NCBI GenBank assembly: GCA_951406725.2 | Contig: OX597820.1 | Location: 52,018,001 to 52,082,000, forward strand | From: Octopus vulgaris | Taxonomy: Eukaryota | DNA length: 64,000 nucleotides | Direction of reading: 5' to 3' | Shown: piece by piece, positions 54,152 to 64,000 of the stretch | How positions within the stretch are numbered: position 1 is the first letter of the stretch | Layout of the letters: the number at the start of each line of letters is the position of its first letter | The notes under the pieces: generated by a model | What the model was told of the DNA's origin: nothing | Seen by the model: only the letters and a program-made list of their open reading frames with translations | Database searches by the model: none | Translations under genes and position numbers: made by a program

Positions 54152-54745
54152 ATTATTGTGACAGAACTAGTGGTTGTGCTGATGATTATGTTCATGAACA
54201 TCATGAGAGTGAGGACATAGAAAAAGGAGAAAGGATGAACAAGAAGAAAGAGGAAGCGTCTGAAGAAGAGAAAGCATAGTGAGGAGGAGGACGACGAAGG
54301 GAAGAAGAACAAAAATAGAAATAGAAACCGAACTACTATAAGGACAGCAACATGAACTAAAAAAGAATGAAGAATGGCGAAAACGAAATTACATTTTGTG
54401 AAATGAATAAGGGAAATTTAATATCAACAGGAAGGGCATTCAAACTACAGCAATTACTGAAGACTGTGATGGCTTTGAAATTTCTTTACAAACCTATTCA
54501 TTTCTTTACAGTTTAAAATTTTATTAGTTGCTCTTATTGCTGCTGTTTTCCAGTTTAGCTGGCTTTTTTTTTTTACAAGATATTTACAAAATTATTCGTT
54601 TGTTGTTTGTTTGTTTGCTTTTTATGTTTTCATTGCATCTTCCAATTTTCTCTTTCTTGTTCTTATTCTTCGTCTATGTTTTCTTCGTGTCTTTAGTTTT
54701 ATTATTCTACGACTTTTCTTCTATATTTTGTAATTTCTCTCTTAT

Positions 54746-54748
54746 TTT

Positions 54749-54816
<68 letters not shown>

Positions 54817-54971
54817 TCCCTCCACCCTTTTTATTCTTTGTTTCATTAATTCCTTTCTTTGTCCTCTATTCTTTTTACTTTCTCTGCTATTCCTTCTTAT
54901 TTTTATTTTCTTCTGCTTTTCCTTCTTCTCTCATTTTCTACTTTTTCTTCTAGATATTATTGCTGTTGTTG

Positions 54972-55037
<66 letters not shown>
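54746..55037. repeat. (TTTC)n and (TTA)n microsatellites in a pyrimidine-rich block
   Basis: Direct reading. Confidence 0.9.
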
Positions 55038-55038
<1 letters not shown>

Positions 55039-57989
55039 GTTCCTTATCAATTTAGTCGCTGCTGCAATTGTTTTGTTTTCTTTGTCGCTTATTCAATTAT
55101 ATTTGTTTTCGTTTTTAGGCGTTTTGTTTTCTTTTGGCTTTTGATGATGAAATTCATGATAATTGAGCATAATGACAATGATGATGATAATGATAGATGA
55201 ACAGGTGGAGATGCAGGGTATAGAGAACATATTTGGTGCTGGAGAATATGGTATTTACTAATGGTGGTTGTTATTGAACGTAGTGGTCGTGGTGATTGGC
55301 GCATAGCATTCATTCATTCACACATAGTTTGAAATTAGCAGCAACCTTTACTATGCTCAACACGGTAATGTATGACAGTTTGAAGAAGTGGAATAATTAC
55401 CAACGAAATAATTTAATTTCTTCCCCAGAAATATTATTACCTCTTTTAGAAAATTTATAAAACCATGTTGTAGAGTCGATCACATGTTGACATTCTTGAC
55501 AAATGATTGTTCATTCTTGATACATCACAGGCATAAACTAATTTCATGGCCAAAAGTCTTAAATTTCTAATGAAAAATCCAAATTTCTTCGATGAATATC
55601 GAAATCTAGAGAAATTAATTAAATCTACGACCAGCATTTTTTTCATAACAGTAAATATATACATTTATGATGCTTCAATTTAACATTATTGAAGACTATT
55701 TCTGTTCTACCAATTTTTGTCAAAAAATGGAAGTGGTCCCATATCTATTTTTGTGGCTTCTGTGAAAGACCAACAGGAAGAGGGAAGATATTTTATGAAT
55801 GTGTTACTCGCCTACATATTTACAAAATTGTAGTCTCTAAACCTCACCCAAGGACTAAGTTCTGAAATTAAGACTCTGCGAGAGATAAATTGTATCACTA
55901 CACATGAGGAAAGAAATTTCTCTCTTCGGCGTGGGTCGTGCGTAGTAAGTGTTGCTGACAAGTTCTTGAACGCATTTGACTATGGTAGAAATCATTTACC
56001 AATATTTTCGAATCTAATTTTAAATATGAGCGGCAAAATCTTTCATCAGAAAACCATCGTAATTTATGGCATAGTTCTCTGCTTTATTTAACTGAAAACG
56101 TGCGCGATAGGAATGTAAAACATCCCATACCATCACTTTCTAATTAATTACTACATTTTATTCTGATAAAGACATTGTTTATCTTTGTACTTCAAATATA
56201 AATCTTGGAAAAATAATATCGAATGTTGCTGCCAAGACAACTCGTAACAGATATATAGGCATAATATGAATTTGTATTCAATACAGCTAGCGGATATATA
56301 TTCAAGGGTGATCAGCTTTGTCACACATACCTCACTTTATTACACCCCACAATATGAGTCAAGCAATATCCATTTATGTAATCGCTGGAACTGCTAGGAA
56401 TACAAACAACCTTCTCAGACCATTCAGTCTGTAGCTTATTATTAAAAGAACATTATAGCCTTTTCCAGGATAAATATTGTGTACACAGCCTAAATTTTAC
56501 AGAGGCTGAATGGCTTCAAAATTTATGAACATTGTTTTCCTTAATCAGGCCTCGTCTGGTGCTAAACAAGAATAAATGCAACGTAAGAGATCATAAACAT
56601 TTTCCATTTACGATTTGTACAGATAACTATGATTACTTTTTCTGTAAAATTTATTTAGTGTTAAATCTGAATTAATGAGGAGACATCATTGAAATGAAGC
56701 TTATTACAGCTTTCCTAATATTTGTAGTATCATAGAGTGTTCGAGAATTGTCGCGTACTCTCTGATATACGAGACAAAATCCTAACAGAACAATACTAAG
56801 TATATTTACGTAAACATAAACAGGTAACTTAACATTTCTCGTGTAGGGAACATATTATTAACAATGATCGATTATGTTTTCCTATCCAATCATTGAAAAC
56901 AACACTGTATAACATGCCAATTAGTGTTGTAATATGATAGAAATATAATGAATACGAGCAAATGCAGGTAATACCTATGATGGTAAGGTGAAAACAGCAT
57001 TTCGTTAAATGAGATTAGAGTATGGTTTTTAACGTATTTTTGTATAAAATATTTCAGTGCGTTAAATAACTCCTTGATAATATACAGATTTTACAACAAT
57101 TAAATGTGCTGAAAATTCTAGAAGAAAGAAATTGCAAGTAAAGAAATAAAAATAAAAATTCGTGAACAGGATGAAGGTTTCCTACTGAAAGGTTTCAAAG
57201 TGTGCTCTGGCAGTGAGTTAGATTGAAATCTCTTGTGAAGTGATTATATAAAATGTGAATATTCTCTACTAGCGTGAACGGCGGATATGTGTATGGTTAT
57301 GCACGTCAACATTAATGTATAGGCTCGTCTATATATTCCAGATGATAGATTTGTACATAAATCCGTAGATATGCAAGCATAGCTATGTTTAAACACTTTT
57401 GTATGAAGTTGTGTCGTACACTGAAAGTGAATAGTACGCTCTAAAATTAAAAAATCAAGCCAAAATCACATTTTTACCTCTTAAGCTCCTTAACATTGAA
57501 TCCCCACATCTACCTCCATTCAGTGAAAATAGGTATCCATTTATTAAATTTACCTCTAAATTTCGTCACATGTGGTAAAATAGATGATAGGATTAACTCT
57601 GTAAATTACTTACCAATAAAATAACATTCTACTTCTTGGAGAATTGAAACGTACATTCTGTATGTAAAATCAGTGAGATTGTGATTAAATGCAAAAGAAT
57701 ATGTGTTCGAAAAAGACATATACATACATGCAATAAACATACGGTGATATTAATTATGTCCACTTAACCTGCTAGCTCCCTGGAAGATAATTTGTACACC
57801 GCCCCGCTCCCTTCTTAACAGATAATACATGTATGGACCTAATCTAATTTCATTTATTATTAACCGGTATCGCTTTTCAAACTGAATGCGTTGGCAGAGT
57901 AAGTCAACCTCCGTAGAAAATATTTTCCTGTGCTTCATAAAAACAGTCGAATAACCACATGCAAGCATTGGCAACAGGATACACTTACT

Positions 57990-58580
57990 GAGTTCTTGAC
58001 AAATGTTTGTTGTAAAACGTTCGACATCCAGAAAAGATTGTTTACAGAGATGACCCCATTGCAACAGTAAGTACACGGATGGAGAACAGCGTTTGAAGAA
58101 AACCCCTAACTGGCAGACAATAACCCGCGATCTCGCCATAGAGTGGACACATGAGTTACAATCTATGAAATTGCTGCACAAATCGACAGTGCTCACTATA
58201 CAAAACTTAAGACAGAGAAAATGCTGTTTAACGGAAAGTGCGTGTGAGTCGGATACTTTATTGGAAATCCTATTTCAAGGACAGAAGAATGGAAGTCCGC
58301 TCTGGTTTGTTGTAAGCATTTAAAGCCAATTAAAACTCATTTTTCTTTACGTATTCGGTGGAAACGAATGAGCCGTGACCATATATTTATGATATGGAAA
58401 CGAAGGTGCAATCCATGTTATGACATCAACACATCTCCATCACTAAAATATGTCATGAACCAAGGAACGACACCGAAAAGCATGGTGATAGATGCGGAGG
58501 CACATGTGTATGGCACTGTCTTTCATTTTCTGCGACGCTGTTCTTCTTTGAACAGGGAGAAGCAGTCCTTTGAGTGATTG
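57990..58580 (+). mobile_element. Decayed mariner-type transposase relic
   Basis: Fragments such as IYDMETKVQS and LSFLRRL resemble mariner xxYDPETKxQS and YxxxLxRL motifs. Many indels. Confidence 0.45.
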
Positions 58581-58640
58581 GAAAAGCTTAAAAATTCCAT
58601 TAAAATTGAATTCAACATTAGCATGAACAAACACACACGC

Positions 58641-58671
<31 letters not shown>

Positions 58672-59806
58672 TGTGTAAATATGTGTATATACACATACGT
58701 ATGTGTCCGTGTGTATGTGTGACGGAGGTGAGTGTGGATATGAATATATGTATATACGTACATAGGTACATAACTGGATGTATTTATGCATGTAATCATA
58801 GAGAAAAAACCTCACACATATGAACAAGTGCATATTCAGATAATTTCTATACGATTTCTTTCAGCGATTCATATATGTTTATATTGCGCTTCTGGTAAGA
58901 TGTTTACATAGCTACGTCATAATTGTATACAAGTGTGCTTTTTTTAAAAATTGAATACATACGTATGTATTGTGTAAGATATCTACTTATGCGCATTAAA
59001 TACGGTTAGTGACATGATTCAAATGGTATAAAAGCACATTTTGTATCCATCATTAATTCAGTTGAATAGGTACTTCAGACTGCATCGACGGTGCCTATGA
59101 GCGTGTTACCGACTTGCTAGAAATAGCAGCAAAATTTCAATCAATTTACAAGTTACTATCATTAAAAAAACATTTTACAAATGGGAAAATGTGGTATAGT
59201 AAGACAACACATTAAATTCCCCAGATGGTCACTGCTGAAATAAATTTCATTAGCAGTTCGAAGGATCTGATTTAAGTTGGCGTTGAACGGTAACAACATT
59301 CATCATTTCACGTTCGAAACAAGGAATCTCTATGTCGTTTCGATTTGTTATACAGTGAAATGCAATTTTCTTGAGACCTCATGATACTGTCGAAATAAAA
59401 TTTGTCACATTAGATAACGAATAGCCATAGATATCATGTCTCGAATCTAGACAGGTTTCGTAGTACAAAATGTTCTGCTAGCTGAACGCTGATCCTAGTC
59501 CAACGAAATGCAACAACAACAAAAGCAAATATTAGAATTACCGACAGCATCTGGTTGTATATTTTGGCGATACATAATGCTTTTTTCATTATATCACTTT
59601 TCCCTAGGAGTAAGCTTTATTATTCATGTTAGTATATTTTTCTTATTTAATATTCGTTTTTCGCTCCAATATCGTACGTCTGGTATAAGAATTTCCATCT
59701 GTATGGGAATCTTGCGTTTAGGAGAAGCCAAACTACTTGTCGTAGATGCTAAAATAGAAACCAAACATAAACAATATCTTTATCTACATCTGTCTCACTG
59801 TCAACT

Positions 59807-60045
<239 letters not shown>

Positions 60046-62139
60046 ATCAAGAAGAAGAAGAAGACGAAGAAGAAGAAGGTAAACACTCGGGAATACTGGA
60101 AAGAGAGAAAATCAAAAATATACGAGTTGGTGAAATCTTCATGAAACTATAAACCCAAAGTAAATGCGGTAAATATCATACAAGTTGTGAGATTCAGAGC
60201 AATATCGCTGAACAGTAAAAGCATTTAACTACCCCAGTTGGGCGATTCAAATATAACTAAACAAACAATATCCCTTTATCTACCCACATTATCCATTAGG
60301 TTTGTCCACTAACACACACGTTTGAACAGAGTGATTATTTTGAGCCTGAGCATTCCAGGGGTCTGCTGTACCGACTCACTTTTAGGCCATTCTTTTGTAA
60401 ACGAAAATCATCACTTAGATTTCGTTTTAGCAGGATATGTAAAATATTTCAATGTCTTGAGACGCATAATCTTTTATGTGCTTAGATCACGCTGCGCTTT
60501 TACATAATAACCTTTCTGTCTCATGTTGAATTATTCATTTTTCGGTAAACTTTATTCTTCAAATAATTTACAAGTAAATGTTATGACCTGTTTGGAGATA
60601 TAGGAAAATAAATTATTGGCCACTTCTCCACATGTACTTATGATTCGTAAATTTCTCTTGCGCCTGTGATTTCTCACATAACCTAATTTGTTTGCGTTGG
60701 ATAAAATCTGAGTTTAAGAGAGATCAATTTTTCTTCATTGCTTTTCTTCGCACTCGTTAATAATTTGAATGTCTGGTTAACCACCTTTATACCCTCTAAA
60801 AGAATAGATTTTCCGCGTGTGGCTGCGACAGTATAGCAAAGACCTTAGATGCTATTTTACGGGATTGAGCACGTGATAAATCTGCAATATCACCGGAACA
60901 CTAACTCATAGTGTACTAGAAATTGTCACCAACTGTTTTCCTGCTTACTTTGCACTTCTTTATATTCCCTCTAATTTAATTGCTCTAGTTTTTGTTTTTA
61001 TTCATTTATTGAGAGGAAAAATGCTAAAACTGTTCTCGAGAAGAGTGATAAAGAAAGGTCTTCCACTGCAATATGTATTTCACACTTTTCCTTTACTCGC
61101 AACAATTTCTATTTCAAGACTGAACCTCAGGTAAATCATTGGGTCTTGTAGATCTGTTTAACCACAAGTTGCTTTTATACCCATTGCATAGAGGCTGCTC
61201 ATACTTTGAAACAAATGCGAAAGTAAAAGTACAAATTAATATACGTAGTTTGCGCTCGTCTTAAGTGTTAGTCTAATATGTTTCTGTACAATCAAAATAT
61301 AAATCAGGCACTAATGAATGCCTGAATTTTGTTTGTGTCTCCAGGCTGTATTTGGACAGCATTGACAATATAAGAACGACAAAAAACTATTCATTAATAC
61401 TCCGTTAACAGAGAAGATTTTCACAGGTTTTCCTTTAGCTGCATTCTTGAGCGAACTGAAAATCTTATATGCTTATAAGACGGAAACATAATATATTTCT
61501 CTAGTCATTCCTGTATGAATTCATGAGGAATAATATGCATCATTTACAAACATGTCTTGCTTTTATATTTCTTCTTGAAAGATATACATCTACATATTTT
61601 AAAATGGTGTATAATCTTAAAAAACAAAGGCAATACTGCTATGCAAAATAACAGAAATGATTTTGTTTAACAAATGGCGTGTGTGTCTGTGAGAGTGTTG
61701 TTGTCATTTTTGACATTTCGACTTGAGATATCCAAATTGATAATTAAACTATTAGTGTTTTCGTTTTAGTCATGTGCAACATTAATATTTTGCCGTGTAA
61801 TTTAATTAGCATTCATTTTTTGATTGATTGCTTACTTGCTTCGGAAATGAGATATTTTGTTCAATTTCACATTTATAGGTAGCCGTGCTAGTTTCATTCG
61901 TAGCATTTTTCTTCTGGAATTCTCAGACGTGAGAAAATATATGATATCGCAACAAAATATTATATTATACTTTTTTTCTCGTATGATAACGCTGCAAAAA
62001 CCAAGCGACTAGAACCTATTATTTTGTCGGTATATTGTAATAAAAGGCATTTTATTTCTTTTCAAGATTTAATACAACTTCAAACTCAATAATGATAAAC
62101 GTGGTTGTTTGGTTCATTATCATTAAACCAACTTTATTC

Positions 62140-62650
62140 AGAGACCTTTTGAGTATGACGGGCTACTCGACCTGTGATGGATTCTACCTGCGTCCCAACT
62201 ACAATGTCGGGTGCTGCTCATCTTCATATGAGATCACTACATGCAGCACATATGGTTGTGATGTATGGATCTGGTGTACACCTATCAGGCGGCTAGACAT
62301 GGATGGTATATTGGGTTTCGTATATTTGTGCCCCAGTGTCATTTTGATGGTATGCATTGCTCTCTCACTCAGTACAATCTGGATAATTCCATGTCCTCAC
62401 CTTTCTACTGAAAAAGGTGGTGGAAAAACACAATAAGGGAATACCTTTAACTTTCACACGGGACCCCGAATGGCTTCCGCAGATAGCTGTGGAAACCATA
62501 ACGTTGTCCGTGATACGTAGGCTGGAGGGGCTCAAAGAGGAATATCGATTGTGGCCGGGCGACTCCGACTCGGAGCCCGCCTCGGTTTTAAATGAGGCGT
62601 GGGCGGTGGCGGAGTATACGGGCACAAGCGATGTTGGGGAGGAAAATTGA
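62140..62650 (+). pseudogene. GC-richer, decayed coding-like segment of unknown origin
   Basis: Composition shifts relative to the flanks. One frame reads RPFEYDGLLDL*WILPASQLQCRVLLIFI*DHYMQHIWL*CMDLVYTY...RWWKNTIREYL, and its four internal stops are all TGA. Confidence 0.35.
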
Positions 62651-62707
62651 CAAGAGATTGAAAAGCCTCAGTGTTATAATATTTAAGTGTGTAAGAGGCT
62701 CAGCGCC

Positions 62708-62899
62708 TCAATTTGTAAATGGACTATTAAGTCCAAAAAATTTTAAAACGGAAGTAAGAGGTTCAATACCTCGGTTTGCTTTTTGTGTTAAAAATAATAA
62801 TGTTTCAGTTTGTCAATGGACTATTAAGACCAATGCTTGTAAAACGTAAGTAAGAGGTCCAATACCTCGGTTTGTTTTTTGTGTAAAAACATAATGTTT
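62708..62899. repeat. Two ~96-bp tandem repeats (plus a partial copy at 62691)
   Basis: aatggactattaag.ccaa...aaaacg.aagtaagaggt.caatacctcggtttg.tttttgtgt occurs twice. Confidence 0.88.
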
Positions 62900-63042
62900 T
62901 AGATAAGCAAAAAATCAGCGCCGATTTTTATCTTCTTCCATTAATATCATCTTATTTCGTCATTCATCTTATCAATGTTTCTGTCCTGCCAGCGAGCTAC
63001 TCTGTATCATGCCTTTATGGTAAAATGTTTGAAATAAAGTAT

Positions 63043-63185
63043 CTTGCTTACGGGCCATACGGTTCCGAGTTCATTCCCACTGCGTGGCACTTTGGGCAGG
63101 GGTCTTCTATTATAGCCGCGGGCCGACCAAAGCCTTGTATGTGGTTTTGGTAGACGGAAACTGAAGGAAGCCCATCGTATATATG

Positions 63186-63231
<46 letters not shown>

Positions 63232-63410
63232 TATGTTTGTTCCCCCAACATCGATGGTGGTGTATTTACGTCCCCGTAACCTAGCGGTTCGGCAAAGAAG
63301 ACCGATATAAGTAGTAGGTTTACAACGAATAAGTAGTGGGTTCGATTTGGTCGACTAAAGGCGGTGCTCCAGCATGGCCGCAGTCAAATGACTGAAACAA
63401 GTTAAGAGTA
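63043..63410 (+). mobile_element. Octopus-type SINE, slightly 5'-truncated
   Basis: Same family as the 52048 copy, with internal (TA)n(TG)n. Confidence 0.9.
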
Positions 63411-63448
63411 TATTTAAATGTATGGTTCAAGGAAAAAATGTTATGCTC

Positions 63449-63479
<31 letters not shown>

Positions 63480-63644
63480 AACTGTATTGGAGAAGGAGAA
63501 ACGAAACGAAACGAATCGAATCGACACGAGGACGCTCAGTCATACAATAGTGTAAAAAATAAAATATATGCATACATACATACATATATGTACGTACCTA
63601 CATCTACATGTATATATACATACATATATAAATATATATACATG

Positions 63645-63960
63645 AGTACAGGACACCACAATTAGGCGTAGAACATAACGAGAAACGAAAACGAAAAAAC
63701 AAGCATGGAACGGACCTTTTTTTTAACAACGAAAGAACTGTGTACAAGACAAACTACACAAGGAAAAATCCCCTTCATCAGCTGTCCCTAGTTCAATTCC
63801 AGCGTGTTTCAAAGGTGCGGACAGAACACGACTCGTCGAATTAGCCCTTCCTGCGAAGAAATTAAATAAAATTACTTCGCAGTGGGGTAAAAACAAGGAA
63901 AGAAAAGAATGTGACACAAGCAGGACGTAACAACGATACAGATAAAATTAGAAAATTAAA
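63645..63960 (-). mobile_element. Probable PLE pLTR fragment adjoining a TA-rich tract
   Basis: Hammerhead-shaped fold at 63795-63863, strand-skewed composition and a TA-repeat junction, as in the other pLTR pieces. Confidence 0.4.
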
Positions 63961-64000
63961 TACAAAATAAAATACAAAATAAAAATACAATTGCAAAAAA

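Overview
AT-rich, microsatellite-dense eukaryotic non-coding DNA, probably intronic or intergenic. The repeat families resemble those of Octopus/coleoid cephalopods, which is an inference from repeat style only. I can support no host protein-coding gene; almost all ORFs in the track are microsatellite or antisense artefacts. The window is a patchwork of mobile elements: a 5'-truncated Penelope-like element (PLE; RT plus GIY-YIG, one frameshift), several PLE pseudo-LTR (pLTR) fragments in (TA)n tracts, a decayed Gypsy (K02A2.6-like) provirus, mariner and hAT relics, Helitrons and tRNA-derived SINEs. Two signals stand out. (1) Seven minimal type-I hammerhead ribozyme folds in six elements, plus weaker candidates, have palindromic stem III and show three different Watson-Crick states of the core 3-8 pair (C-G, U-A, G-C); two of these elements form inverted-repeat structures. 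(2) A head-to-tail array of three RT-less, ORF1-only (RRM-like plus CCHC knuckle) Tx1/L1-like retroelements all end at TGCAG and are bracketed by a repeated 16-bp target sequence, next to a divergently oriented relative. All coordinates were read by eye and relic boundaries are approximate.
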